Source: an uncultured Gammaproteobacteria bacterium
GTDB lineage: Bacteria > Patescibacteriota > Patescibacteriia > Magasanikbacterales > UBA922
Assembly: GCA_964447765.1 (NCBI GenBank)
Contig: CAYUTO010000001.1
Span: 28,110 to 92,109 of the forward strand
Reading direction: 5' to 3'
DNA: 64,000 nt
The translations under genes were made by a program, and so were the position numbers. This document shows positions 49,871 through 60,100 of this stretch, in pieces (positions within the stretch are counted from its first letter, which is position 1; every line of letters starts with the position of its first letter). The notes beneath the pieces were generated by a model. It did no database searches and was not told the DNA's origin. It saw nothing but the letters and a program-made list of their open reading frames with translations.

Positions 49871-51898
49871 TTATTTACCCGTGTAATTTCCCCACCAACG
49901 ATAGAAATCAGCTGCCACATGTGAAGCGGTTCTACTTCCTTCCCCACCTTCTTCGAGCATAATAGTCACTACAATCTGAGGGTTATTAAAAGGTGCGAAT
50001 GAGGTGAACCATGCATGAGTGTCTTTTTCCGCATTCCATTGTGCTGTTCCTGTTTTTCCTGCAACTGAAAATGGAAGTGAGCGAAGTACTCCGCAAGGTC
50101 CGGTATCAATACAATCTTTCATACCAAGTTGTACGGTTTCCAGGTGTGATCTATTAATAATGTTCGTACTTATTTTTTCTCCGCTTATTATTTTTTCTTC
50201 TTTTGTGACAGGGTCAATAATTGCACGTACGATGCGTGGGGCGTAGAGTGTGCCTTTATTCGCAATAACCGAAGTCATGGATGCAATTTGCAATGGAGTG
50301 GTGAGAAAATCTCCTTGTCCAATCGAATAATTGTAGGTATCTCCTACATACCACTGTTCACCTTTTACTCGCTTCTTCCATTCAGGACTTGGTAAGAATC
50401 CTTCATATTCTCCGGGAATGTCTACTCCTAATTTTTCACCAAAACCATATTTTTTGAGATATTGATTGATGCGCTCCACGCCTAATCCTTTGAAATCTTC
50501 ATGTCCGCCTCCGATATAGTAATAGAATGTGTTTACTGACCAGGAGATTGATTTGCGCACATCAGTAAGTCCGTGTGCTACTCGACTCCAGTCGGGAAAA
50601 AACCAAGGACCCACCTGAATTCCTCCTGTACTTAATATTTTTGTCTTTGCTGTAATAACACCCTCCTCTAGTGCTGCCGATGCCATAGCGGGCTTAATTA
50701 CTGATCCAGAGGGGTACGTGCCACTGATTGCTCGATTAAATAGTGGATTATCAGGATTATCTAAATATTTTTGGTATGTTTCTTTATCAATTCCTCCTGA
50801 AAAATCATTATTGTCAAACCCTGGAATACTTACGAGAGCTAAAATTTCTCCATTTTGAGGATTCATTACAATTCCAGACGCACGCACTTTTCCATTTTTC
50901 AAAAGCCAATCATTCAGTAGACGCTCCATCTCTTTTTGCATTTTGTAATCAATAGACAATTTGAGATGGCTGCCAGGAGTTGGATTCACTGTCGCAATAA
51001 CTGATTGCTCGGCTCCGCGAGAGTTTACTTCAATTCTTTTCTCTCCATATATGCCTCGCATATATGCTTCGTACGATTGTTCTACTCCGACTTTTCCAAT
51101 TGAGTCAGAAGGTAAATATCCTTTTTCATAATATTCTTCAAGTTCATTGGGTGATAATTTTCCAATATAACCAAGAATATGCGATACTGAATTTGCACTT
51201 GTGGTTGCTGTATGTACTTCTTCTAGTAATGATGTCGAGTCATTCGTTGCTTTTTCTTCAGGATTTTTGGTGAGGTACAATCGTTTACTCCCACGCTGGA
51301 TAGTGATTCCTGGTAATTGATCGGAAATAATCAAAATTTTTAGAGCCTGATCATAAGGAATGTCTTCAATAATGACGATTGATTCGTGTCGATATTCCCG
51401 ATATTTTTCAAGCATTTCTTGGATTTCTTCTGTGGCAGTTCCTGTTATCTCTGAAAGTTTATTGATAACCTCGGTAATCCCCCGTTCATCACGGAGTAAG
51501 TCCTGGGGAATTATTGCAAGAGAAAAATTGGGAATATTTTGGGTAAGTTGTATATTATTTCGATCATAAATCAATCCACGTTCCGCGGGTACTGCAATTG
51601 CACGTTGTCTATTACCTTCGGCTTTGACCGCAAACTCCTCTCCTTCAAGAATTTGGATATATACTAGGCGCATTGCTATTGTCAGTAGTATGGTTGTTAT
51701 TACAACCAAAAAAGAAAACATTTTTCGATCAGAAAAACTGGTACCAATATGTGAGGTGCCTGAATATATAATATCCTCACTTTGAGTGATACTTTTGGGA
51801 GTAAAGGAATCTTCGATCCATGCAAAGCGATATTTGCCTTTCATTTTCCCTTTTTCCAATCCTACCCCTGGTAATTTTACAAATGGATCTAGGTCCAT
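49871..51898 (-). CDS. mrdA: Penicillin-binding protein 2 (elongasome D,D-transpeptidase)
   Basis: N-terminal TM anchor, PBP dimerisation domain, and a transpeptidase domain with SxxK. Confidence 0.8.
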   Translation of the reverse strand: MDLDPFVKLPGVGLEKGKMKGKYRFAWIEDSFTPKSITQSEDIIYSGTSHIGTSFSDRKMFSFLVVITTILLTIAMRLVYIQILEGEEFAVKAEGNRQRAIAVPAERGLIYDRNNIQLTQNIPNFSLAIIPQDLLRDERGITEVINKLSEITGTATEEIQEMLEKYREYRHESIVIIEDIPYDQALKILIISDQLPGITIQRGSKRLYLTKNPEEKATNDSTSLLEEVHTATTSANSVSHILGYIGKLSPNELEEYYEKGYLPSDSIGKVGVEQSYEAYMRGIYGEKRIEVNSRGAEQSVIATVNPTPGSHLKLSIDYKMQKEMERLLNDWLLKNGKVRASGIVMNPQNGEILALVSIPGFDNNDFSGGIDKETYQKYLDNPDNPLFNRAISGTYPSGSVIKPAMASAALEEGVITAKTKILSTGGIQVGPWFFPDWSRVAHGLTDVRKSISWSVNTFYYYIGGGHEDFKGLGVERINQYLKKYGFGEKLGVDIPGEYEGFLPSPEWKKRVKGEQWYVGDTYNYSIGQGDFLTTPLQIASMTSVIANKGTLYAPRIVRAIIDPVTKEEKIISGEKISTNIINRSHLETVQLGMKDCIDTGPCGVLRSLPFSVAGKTGTAQWNAEKDTHAWFTSFAPFNNPQIVVTIMLEEGGEGSRTASHVAADFYRWWGNYTGK

Positions 51899-51907
51899 GA
51901 TGGTAAT

Positions 51908-52459
51908 TTAGGAATATTTAATTTTCTCTCTTGTAAACATATTACCTATTTTAATAAATACTGCATAGAGCGGGATAGAAATAAGTGCTGTACACAGCAT
52001 TTCCATACCAAATTGTTTTATGAGCCCGGTTGAAAATAAAAAACCATTTTCGAGTATCATACCGGAAAATAACACCCCTGCACTGTAGAGCACTCTAAAT
52101 ACAAACATACCAAACAAAGTAAGAATGCCTGCTATCCAGATTGAAAGATTGGTAAAAACACTCTCAAAAAACCAATATATTCCAAGGATCGTGAATACTC
52201 CTGCAAAAAGCTCGATTCCAAATTGTTGTGAAGTGAACATATCCTCTATTAGGTATACACCAAACGCAAACCACACCACTCCACCTCTGGCTCCACGCAT
52301 AATCGCGATGACAAAAAAAAGCATCAAGATGTCTATATACATGAATACATTTGGCAACAGATTGTTCAACATCAGTTTTGAAAATGCAAGACCAAGAATT
52401 CCTGTAGTATACAATACTGCCGGAATTACTTTTTTAAGTATTTTATTACTCGGTAACAT
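51908..52459 (-). CDS. mreD: Rod shape-determining protein MreD (putative)
   Basis: 183-aa polytopic membrane protein in the canonical position between mreC and pbp2. Confidence 0.5.
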   Translation of the reverse strand: MLPSNKILKKVIPAVLYTTGILGLAFSKLMLNNLLPNVFMYIDILMLFFVIAIMRGARGGVVWFAFGVYLIEDMFTSQQFGIELFAGVFTILGIYWFFESVFTNLSIWIAGILTLFGMFVFRVLYSAGVLFSGMILENGFLFSTGLIKQFGMEMLCTALISIPLYAVFIKIGNMFTREKIKYS

Positions 52460-53249
52460 AGGTTGAGGTTGTAATCACTACTGATACCATCGTGAGATAT
52501 GATAAATCAGCAAGTGGATCAAGAATTGCTTGCTGGAATGGTTCGAGTGGCTGCTTTTCTACAAACTCTACTCTACCAATCGTAAATCCGCGAGGCATGT
52601 TCTCGGTGAGTCCTGAGGTCACTACAATATCCCCTGGAGAAACCACTTCATTTTGTGGGATAAAATTCATTTGCACTCCGATATCGTACCCTCCTTCAAC
52701 TAATCCGATTGTATGATCTTTGTTTAGTAGTGTCGCTCCCACTCTACTTTGATTATCATTGATAAGTCGAACGTATGAAATATGGTCGAATGTTTCTATG
52801 ACTGTTCCTACGAGTACTCCCTCCCCCACAATTACAGGGTTTGTAGAGATGACTCCATCTTTTTTACCACGATTGATCGTAACGACCGTACTTAGTGGAT
52901 CCACGGTTCTTCCAATCACTTCTGCTCCTAGGTGAACTAGATTATTTTTAGAAAAAAAATTCATTTGTTTTCGAAGCTCCTCATTTTCTTCTTTGATCAG
53001 TACGTTTTCCGCTGTTTCGATATTACATACAGCCTGAATCAATTCAGGATCAAACGTTTCGTCCAAACGTTGATTGACTGAGTTTGCGCCATTATTTCCC
53101 ACTTCATTTTCGTAAGCAAACTGTGTTCCATTAAAAAACACATTAACAATTAGGTTTTCAATAGGTCGAAGAGCTCCTACGAGTTGTAATACAACAACAA
53201 TCACAATCACAATACCAATCCCGATCATTGTCTGGTGTCTACGTTTCAT
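52446..53249 (-). CDS. mreC: Rod shape-determining protein MreC
   Basis: N-terminal TM helix, coiled-coil and beta-domain. Confidence 0.65.
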   Translation of the reverse strand: MKRRHQTMIGIGIVIVIVVVLQLVGALRPIENLIVNVFFNGTQFAYENEVGNNGANSVNQRLDETFDPELIQAVCNIETAENVLIKEENEELRKQMNFFSKNNLVHLGAEVIGRTVDPLSTVVTINRGKKDGVISTNPVIVGEGVLVGTVIETFDHISYVRLINDNQSRVGATLLNKDHTIGLVEGGYDIGVQMNFIPQNEVVSPGDIVVTSGLTENMPRGFTIGRVEFVEKQPLEPFQQAILDPLADLSYLTMVSVVITTSTYVTE

Positions 53250-53260
53250 AATAGCCTATA

Positions 53261-54304
53261 TTAAACTGCGCGCGCCGAAGGAAGGACTACTTGCTTCAAT
53301 AGTTCATCATCTTCAAGTAGTACTCCTGCTCCGCGTACGACTGAGGTTAGTGGATCGTCAGCTACTCGTACGGGAATTTCAGCAGCACGACCGATAACTA
53401 CATCGAGTCCTTCGAGTAGCGCGCCTCCTCCGACGAGGAGAATTCCACGTTCATGAATGTCTGCGGTAAGTTCGGGAGGAGTTACTTCCAGAGTCATTTT
53501 GATATGATCAACAATTGTTTTTACACTTCGACTCAGTGCTTGGCGAATATGCTCGTCTGAAATCATGATTTCTTTTGGTAATCCGGTGACTGAATCACGT
53601 CCACGCATCGGAAATTCTACTCGCTCTTTTCGTGGTAGTGCTGATCCTGCTTTTATTTTTATTTCTTCTGCATGTGCTTCTCCTACGAGAAGTTTGAATA
53701 CTTCACGCGCGTATTGAATGATATTTTTGTTCATTTCGTCCCCTGCAATTTTGGTAGATTTCCAGGTAACTACTCCGCTGAGAGAAATTACGGCGATTTC
53801 GGTGTTCCCTCCACCAATGTCTACTATCATATTTCCTACCGGTTCACGGACAGGCATACGTGAGCCAATCGCTGCAGCCATAGGTTCTTGTACAATAAAC
53901 ACTTCTTTTGCTCCTGCGGCGAGAGTGGCATCTTCCACTGCTTTGATTTCCACTTCAGTCACATCGAGTGGGACTGCAATTACTACTCGTGGACGTGTGG
54001 CAAATGAAAAAGCAGATTTAGTGACTTTTTCAATAAAAAATTTAAGCATTTTTTCAGTCACTTCGTAATCAGAAATAACTCCTCCGCTCAACGGCCGAGT
54101 AACTTCAATATGCGGCGGAGTTTTGCCGAGCATTTCTTTTGCTTCGTGTCCTACGGCTAGAATTTGTTCAGTCTTCGTGTTTATCGCCACTACCGAAGGT
54201 TCGTTTATGACGATACCATGTTCGGGGCTGTAGACGAGTGTATTTGCTGTTCCAAGATCTATCGCAAGACTACGGCTCTTTGTTTGAAACCATGAGAATT
54301 TCAT
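53261..54304 (-). CDS. mreB: Rod shape-determining actin homologue MreB
   Basis: Actin-fold phosphate motifs (IDLGTANT, DIGGGTTE-like). Confidence 0.9.
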   Translation of the reverse strand: MKFSWFQTKSRSLAIDLGTANTLVYSPEHGIVINEPSVVAINTKTEQILAVGHEAKEMLGKTPPHIEVTRPLSGGVISDYEVTEKMLKFFIEKVTKSAFSFATRPRVVIAVPLDVTEVEIKAVEDATLAAGAKEVFIVQEPMAAAIGSRMPVREPVGNMIVDIGGGNTEIAVISLSGVVTWKSTKIAGDEMNKNIIQYAREVFKLLVGEAHAEEIKIKAGSALPRKERVEFPMRGRDSVTGLPKEIMISDEHIRQALSRSVKTIVDHIKMTLEVTPPELTADIHERGILLVGGGALLEGLDVVIGRAAEIPVRVADDPLTSVVRGAGVLLEDDELLKQVVLPSARAV

Positions 54305-54315
54305 ATCGCTCTCGT

Positions 54316-55560
54316 TTACTTTGAGACAAGTTCATCAATCGTGAGTAAGGTTGCATCAGTCTCGCCTCTTTTTTTGTATTCAACACTCTTGTTTGCAAGT
54401 GTTTTTGGACTCACTACGATGCGTACTGGAATTCCAATCAGATCACTATCTGCAAATTTTTCTCCTGCACGAGCTTCTCGATCATCATAGAGCACTTCGA
54501 TACCTTTTTTCTGTAATGTTTCGTATATTTCATTACACGTTCTAACATCCTCAGATTCGCGGCAGAGTGAAACAAGATGAATCTGGTAGGGTGCTATTGA
54601 TTCTGGCCATACTAGTCCTTTATCATCTGCAAAAACTTCTGCTACTACGCCCATCAAACGTGTGATACCAATTCCATAGGAGCCTAGAAACACTGGTTTT
54701 CTGTTTCCTTCTGCATCATTGAAATAGAGATCTAGTTGCTCACACTTCTTGGTCCCAAAGGTAAATATATTTCCCACTTCAGCAGCTTTCTTTGATTCAA
54801 AATCTAATTTTGAAAGATTAAGCTCTTGCAAAGTCTTTTCATTAAAAATTTCTTCATTCAGTACTGTCTTTCCATCTTTATGTACGTAGATTATATCTTC
54901 ACCTGCGTCACATATGGTTTGGAATTCGTGACTGAATTTGTCTGTAAATACTCCGCCTGCTGCTGAGGTTACATGAGTGATTTCAGCTAACCCTACTCTT
55001 TTGAAGACTTCCAGATATGCATCTATTGTTTTGTTATAAAATACCATATGTTCTTCCTCAGACACACAGAAAGAATACATATCTTTCATCACAAATTCTC
55101 GACAACGCATAATACCGCTTTTTGCACGGGTTTCATTTCTCAATTTATTTTGAAATTGATGAACGTACCGAGGTACATCTGTATAGCTTGTGATATATGA
55201 CTTCATCATTGCAGTAATTGGCTCTTCATGTGACCAGCCAAATCCAATTTCATTTCCATTTTTTAAAGCTGATTTAAACCAGATATCAACTTTTGTATCA
55301 TCCCATCGATCGGTTTTTTCCCATGTTTCTTTGTTTTGCAGAGTCGACATGATTATCTCGGTTGAGCCGAGTTTTTCCATTTCTTCTGAAACAATTTTTT
55401 TAATCTTATTAATTACTTTTAGCCCAAGTGGTAAAAGCGAATATACTCCAGCCATTTCCTTATGAATAAAACCTGCACGAATCAATAATTGTGCGTTTTT
55501 TGATACCTCTTCTGCTGGAGCTTCTTTTCTTGTTTTCGTAAATAATTGTGATTGTCTCAT
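54316..55560 (-). CDS. proS: Proline--tRNA ligase, short bacterial-type form lacking the INS editing domain
   Basis: N-terminus aligns with bacterial ProRS motif 1; class II motifs 2 and 3 and a C-terminal anticodon-binding domain; 414 aa. Confidence 0.8.
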   Translation of the reverse strand: MRQSQLFTKTRKEAPAEEVSKNAQLLIRAGFIHKEMAGVYSLLPLGLKVINKIKKIVSEEMEKLGSTEIIMSTLQNKETWEKTDRWDDTKVDIWFKSALKNGNEIGFGWSHEEPITAMMKSYITSYTDVPRYVHQFQNKLRNETRAKSGIMRCREFVMKDMYSFCVSEEEHMVFYNKTIDAYLEVFKRVGLAEITHVTSAAGGVFTDKFSHEFQTICDAGEDIIYVHKDGKTVLNEEIFNEKTLQELNLSKLDFESKKAAEVGNIFTFGTKKCEQLDLYFNDAEGNRKPVFLGSYGIGITRLMGVVAEVFADDKGLVWPESIAPYQIHLVSLCRESEDVRTCNEIYETLQKKGIEVLYDDREARAGEKFADSDLIGIPVRIVVSPKTLANKSVEYKKRGETDATLLTIDELVSK

Positions 55561-55565
55561 AAAGA

Positions 55566-55970
55566 TTAGTGTTGGGTGAGATGTTTTTTGGTAAAATTGG
55601 TAAGTGACAGGTCAAAGGATACGATTACGATACAAATGGTACCGAATACAAGTGTGTTGAATAGGCTAAGAACTGAAAGTGACTGTAGGTAGAGTCCGAC
55701 AAGCGCCAGTACACTCAAGACGACGGCAGTTCTAAAGCTCATGCGTACATGTCGAAATAGCGGCATTTCCTGTCCACCGAAGAGTCGGTAAATGCCGAAA
55801 ACAACCAGCGAAATAGTACCAATAAGTGCGAATAATAGACTAATATAAAAAAAGACAAAGCCTATAGTGCCTGTCTCAAATGGATCGATATTAATAATAA
55901 CAAAAATCCATGCTGCCCAGCAGAGTATCGTCGAAAAAATCATGGTTGCGAGGTATTGTCGTAGGTTCAT
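55566..55970 (-). CDS. Hypothetical 4-TM membrane protein
   Basis: 134 aa with four hydrophobic segments. Confidence 0.4.
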   Translation of the reverse strand: MNLRQYLATMIFSTILCWAAWIFVIINIDPFETGTIGFVFFYISLLFALIGTISLVVFGIYRLFGGQEMPLFRHVRMSFRTAVVLSVLALVGLYLQSLSVLSLFNTLVFGTICIVIVSFDLSLTNFTKKHLTQH

Positions 55971-56063
55971 ATACGTTTAGGTGAACACTCCATAGGTTAC
56001 CACAACTTTTTTCACTATGCAACAGCCTGAATTACCAAAATTTTTGCTTAGATTAGCTAAATT

Positions 56064-56753
56064 TTAGTTTATATAATAGTAGATGAGAGCAAGGATTGCG
56101 AGGTGTATTGGGTAGTAGAGGTAGAAAAGGTGTTTAAATGAGCGTCCCCTATCTCCTTGATACAGTGAAATCGGTATTAAGGCTAGGATTGAAAATAGTT
56201 GTTGCGTTCCTCTATAGACGATTTGCCCATTCTCTGGGGCTGGTGCTAATAGCGTGTAAAGAAATACATATCCCAGAGTCGCGATTGTATAGAGTACGAT
56301 TCTTTTTGAGGTATTTTCAAATGTTGTGTGAAAAATAAGTACGAGCGCAACTCCATACCATCCATAACTCACATCAATTATTGTTGCGAAGCAGATAAGT
56401 GCAACTAGTGCTGCGTTGCGAATAAATTTGTTTTTTATTTTTTCGTAAACAATAATTGCAGAGAGTCCTAAGAGAAGGGTAAATAAAATATTTAATTCAT
56501 ATGGTGATCGCCCAATCTGTATAAATGCCCATGCGTAAGGAATTTGTGAAATAATTCCAACTATCGCCAGTCGTGTACCGTATTTTCTAATATTTTTTGA
56601 TTTTCTATACCCATTTGCGACTCCCCATGCAAATATAGGAAACGCAATTCTACCTACCGCTGTCATCCAGTCGGTATCAGGAAAGAAAAAACGACCGATG
56701 TGATCGACCGTCATGGTTATCAGTGCAATAATTTTTAAAGCAAAAAGCGTCAT
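56064..56753 (-). CDS. TraX-family membrane protein (conjugative-pilin acetylase-like)
   Basis: N-terminus LKIIALITMTVDHIG matches the TraX signature; polytopic membrane protein. Confidence 0.5.
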   Translation of the reverse strand: MTLFALKIIALITMTVDHIGRFFFPDTDWMTAVGRIAFPIFAWGVANGYRKSKNIRKYGTRLAIVGIISQIPYAWAFIQIGRSPYELNILFTLLLGLSAIIVYEKIKNKFIRNAALVALICFATIIDVSYGWYGVALVLIFHTTFENTSKRIVLYTIATLGYVFLYTLLAPAPENGQIVYRGTQQLFSILALIPISLYQGDRGRSFKHLFYLYYPIHLAILALIYYYIN

Positions 56754-56761
56754 AACTTGTC

Positions 56762-57061
56762 TTAGGCAAGATATCGCACTCGATCTACTTCTGATTTTCC
56801 TATTTTTTCATTTATTTTGGTGACGATTTCCAGCTGATGTAGGCGTATCTCCTGGGCCACTGTCGATGTCCCGCAGCTCACGGTAAGAGTTCGATTTTTG
56901 AGAAACAAGGGTCGTACATGAGCACCAATTTCTGCTCCAAGTAGACTTTCGATAACTTCTTTTGCCACTTCTACCACATTCGACGTTTCTATTTGACGCT
57001 TAAGCGTACTGTTTCCAGTTAATTTAGAAAGTATTGTATCGCCTAATGGGGTGAATGGCAT
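56762..57061 (-). CDS. DUF721 (DciA-like) domain protein
   Basis: 99 aa; VRPLFLKNRTLTVSCGTSTVAQEI..L matches the DUF721 pattern (LKNGVLTV..SSAWAQEL). Confidence 0.5.
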   Translation of the reverse strand: MPFTPLGDTILSKLTGNSTLKRQIETSNVVEVAKEVIESLLGAEIGAHVRPLFLKNRTLTVSCGTSTVAQEIRLHQLEIVTKINEKIGKSEVDRVRYLA

Positions 57062-57142
57062 AAGGGTTTAGTTAGTGACACTGTAACACTAATGAAGTAA
57101 AAAGGCAAAAGTAAAAAGTTAAAAGAATTGAGCTTCGGTATT

Positions 57143-60085
57143 TTACTGTCTAAATTCACAGATGTTTTTAAACTCGCAATATTTACATACAAACTGACTT
57201 GGTGTTGCTATGAACTTTCCTTCTCGGATTTTTTCGATGGTCGTCTCTAACTTTTCTTTGAGTTTTTCAACATCTTTTTCTGCAGCAACAAACGATGTTT
57301 TCATTCCATCATTTACGTAGTAGAACGTGAGCTTGCCTACCGGACCAATATGTCGATATTCGGGCAATGTTTCTGCGGCAATGTGGTAGAGTAATAATTG
57401 TTGCTTGTCATCAGTATCCAATTTTTCTTTGGAATTTCCGGTTTTATAATCAATAATTTCAAGTGATCCATCTGCTTGCTTATCAATTCGATCGATGCGA
57501 CCATTGATGATGTATTCCCCCACCTTTACTTTGAACCAGCCTTCGAGTGCTACAGGAATAGTCCACTGCCCTTCTTGTGTGGTGTAGAAGACTTTTAAAA
57601 TTTCTTTACCTTTTTCATAATAAGTTTCTCGCTGTTGTTTGTCCTGGTACCAATCACTAATCCATGATTCATCATACATTTTGTAGAGTTCTTCAAGGGT
57701 TGGAACTTTGATTTCGTTGGCACTTTTTTTAGTTGAAGGTGCGGCGATATCGAATAAAGACACTTGTGTAATTTGGTTTAATTCTTGTACGCGAATATAG
57801 AATTTTTGCATGGTCGCATGGACGGTGTTTCCAAAACTAAAGCTTGCCGTACCCTTTGACTGAATTTTTAGAACATGCGCGAGTTTATATTGATATGGGC
57901 ACTTAAGAAAACTAATGATTTGTGAATGGGAGAATTTTTTTGGTATTTCGTATACTACCTCTGCATTTTTGGGTTGAGGTGTTTTTTTGTATGTAGTCAA
58001 ATCAGCACTGCCCTCTACACTTGCATGAGCTCCTACAAAACCGATTTCATCGAGGAATCTACTTATTTTTTTCTTCCGTTTCCGATCTTCTCCATAATAA
58101 TCAGCACTTGAAAAATATAATTGTTCTTTTGCACGCGTAACCCCTACGTAGAATAATCTCCGTTCTTCCTCAATATGAAAATCTGCATTATCAGACAAAT
58201 GTTCATGGATGAGTTCAGGTGGCAATTCGATTCCTGATGAACGTGCGCGTGTAGGAAAACGCTCTTCTACACAATTCACCATGAATACAAACTTATATTC
58301 AAGTCCTTTTGATGCATGAATGGTCATTACGTTCACTGACTCACTCGTCTCTCGTGGTTGAAATATTTTTCCTTGGTCACCTGATTCGAGCACAAAGTCG
58401 AAATGTTCTACAAACCCTAGCACATTTGCCCCTGGAGTTATCTCCTCGTAACCGCGGATCAGATCAAACACCTGTTTCAAATATTGAATTTGGCGAACAA
58501 CTTGTTTATTACCAACCCCCTCCTCATGAGTAAGATAAGTTAGATATCCAATGGTCTCTAAAAAATCATACAATACTGCTGTTGGTTTCTCGTGTTTTGC
58601 AGCTTCAATTCCCTTGTGTACACTTGATACCAATGCATCAAGATGTAGAATGCTTGCATCATTCACAAAAAATTCTTTTGCTCGACCGAGAGCTTCAGAG
58701 TAGCTGATTGATTTTCGTTTTGCCCCTGAAACTAGTTTTTGCACATCGTTTGGATCTACTGAAATACAAGGTAATCGCATGAGGCGATACCACGAATCAT
58801 TCTCGTATTGTCTTGCGATAATTCGAAGGAAAGCGAGCACATCGAGCACTATCGGTTGACGATAGAGTCCACCTGATGCGAGGAATTCGTATGGAACTCC
58901 ATAGGTTTCCAGCGCATTCAGAAATGGCTGTGCGTGTCCATTTGCTCGAACTAATATGGCAAAATCATCCCAGGTCGTTTCTTCTTGTTGTTTTTTTAGT
59001 TCTAGTATTTTTTTTATAACCGTAAACACTTCTGTATCTAACGTTTCGGTGTGGATATGCTCGATCACACATTTCTCGACTTTACCCTTCGCAACTAGTT
59101 TTTTATCAATCGATAATTTTGCTTCAAGACGATCTGGATTATTGTATATGATTGATTGGTACGCGAGGTCGAGAATTTCCTGTCCTGAGCGATAATTTTC
59201 AGTGAGCACGACTTCAGTTGCACTTGGAAAATCTTCTTTGAAACGCAAGATGATTGATACGTTTGATCCCCGGAACGAATAAATTGATTGATCATCATCC
59301 CCCACAACAGTGAGTTGCGATTTTTCAGCAAGCAGTCTGATTAATTCGTATTGTGCATAATTTACATCTTGGAATTCATCTACTAGTACGTGTGTAAATT
59401 GGGCTTGAATCGCTTTTAAAATATTCGGACGTTCTTTGAGAAGTTTTACTGAATAATAAATGAGGTCACCAAAATCGAGTGCATTATTTTCTAAAATCAA
59501 TTTATTGTAGGTATGGTATGCATTTGCAATTTCAATTAGACGATTTTTTTCAATCACCTCTGCGTCATCTTTATCAAGAATCAGCCCTTCGACATAATCA
59601 AGATAGTTTTGCGCTGAAATAAGCTCATCTTTTGCTTTGGAAAAATGATCAAGCAGTGTATGAATATTCGAATTCGGATTTCCAAGTGGTCGGTAATAGT
59701 CTAAATTAAAATCATAGATATGATCACGGACTAGGAGCCATGCGTCAGTATCAGTAATGAGTCGGAAACTTTTGGGTAACCCAATTTCAAAACCAAATTT
59801 TTCGAGTAATCGCTGACAGAACGTATGAAAGGTGGAAATCTGAAGTTCGGTATATCCGAGTTCGATTTCGGTGTCTACCCGTTCCTGCATCTCATTGGCT
59901 GCTTTTTCAGTAAACGTGAGTGCTAAAATATTTTCAGGTTGCGCAATACCTTTTTCTAGTAAATGTGAAATCTTTTTGGTAATAACGGTAGTTTTCCCAG
60001 TTCCTGCTCCAGCAACAATAAGCAAAGGACCGTCGACATACTCGACCGCCCTTTGCTGAGCTTCATTGAGACGACGCTCTCCCAT
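57143..60085 (-). CDS. UvrD-family helicase fused to a C-terminal Cas4/AddB-type (Cys4) PD-(D/E)XK nuclease (AddA/PcrA-nuclease-like)
   Basis: N-terminal UvrD Walker A AGAGTGKTT, helicase motifs, then a RecB-nuclease motif (DRIDKQADGSLEIIDYKTG) and a C-x..C-x2-C-x5-C cluster (CPYQ...CKYCEFKNIC). Confidence 0.75.
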   Translation of the reverse strand: MGERRLNEAQQRAVEYVDGPLLIVAGAGTGKTTVITKKISHLLEKGIAQPENILALTFTEKAANEMQERVDTEIELGYTELQISTFHTFCQRLLEKFGFEIGLPKSFRLITDTDAWLLVRDHIYDFNLDYYRPLGNPNSNIHTLLDHFSKAKDELISAQNYLDYVEGLILDKDDAEVIEKNRLIEIANAYHTYNKLILENNALDFGDLIYYSVKLLKERPNILKAIQAQFTHVLVDEFQDVNYAQYELIRLLAEKSQLTVVGDDDQSIYSFRGSNVSIILRFKEDFPSATEVVLTENYRSGQEILDLAYQSIIYNNPDRLEAKLSIDKKLVAKGKVEKCVIEHIHTETLDTEVFTVIKKILELKKQQEETTWDDFAILVRANGHAQPFLNALETYGVPYEFLASGGLYRQPIVLDVLAFLRIIARQYENDSWYRLMRLPCISVDPNDVQKLVSGAKRKSISYSEALGRAKEFFVNDASILHLDALVSSVHKGIEAAKHEKPTAVLYDFLETIGYLTYLTHEEGVGNKQVVRQIQYLKQVFDLIRGYEEITPGANVLGFVEHFDFVLESGDQGKIFQPRETSESVNVMTIHASKGLEYKFVFMVNCVEERFPTRARSSGIELPPELIHEHLSDNADFHIEEERRLFYVGVTRAKEQLYFSSADYYGEDRKRKKKISRFLDEIGFVGAHASVEGSADLTTYKKTPQPKNAEVVYEIPKKFSHSQIISFLKCPYQYKLAHVLKIQSKGTASFSFGNTVHATMQKFYIRVQELNQITQVSLFDIAAPSTKKSANEIKVPTLEELYKMYDESWISDWYQDKQQRETYYEKGKEILKVFYTTQEGQWTIPVALEGWFKVKVGEYIINGRIDRIDKQADGSLEIIDYKTGNSKEKLDTDDKQQLLLYHIAAETLPEYRHIGPVGKLTFYYVNDGMKTSFVAAEKDVEKLKEKLETTIEKIREGKFIATPSQFVCKYCEFKNICEFRQ

Positions 60086-60100
60086 ATCTGCGTGTCAATT

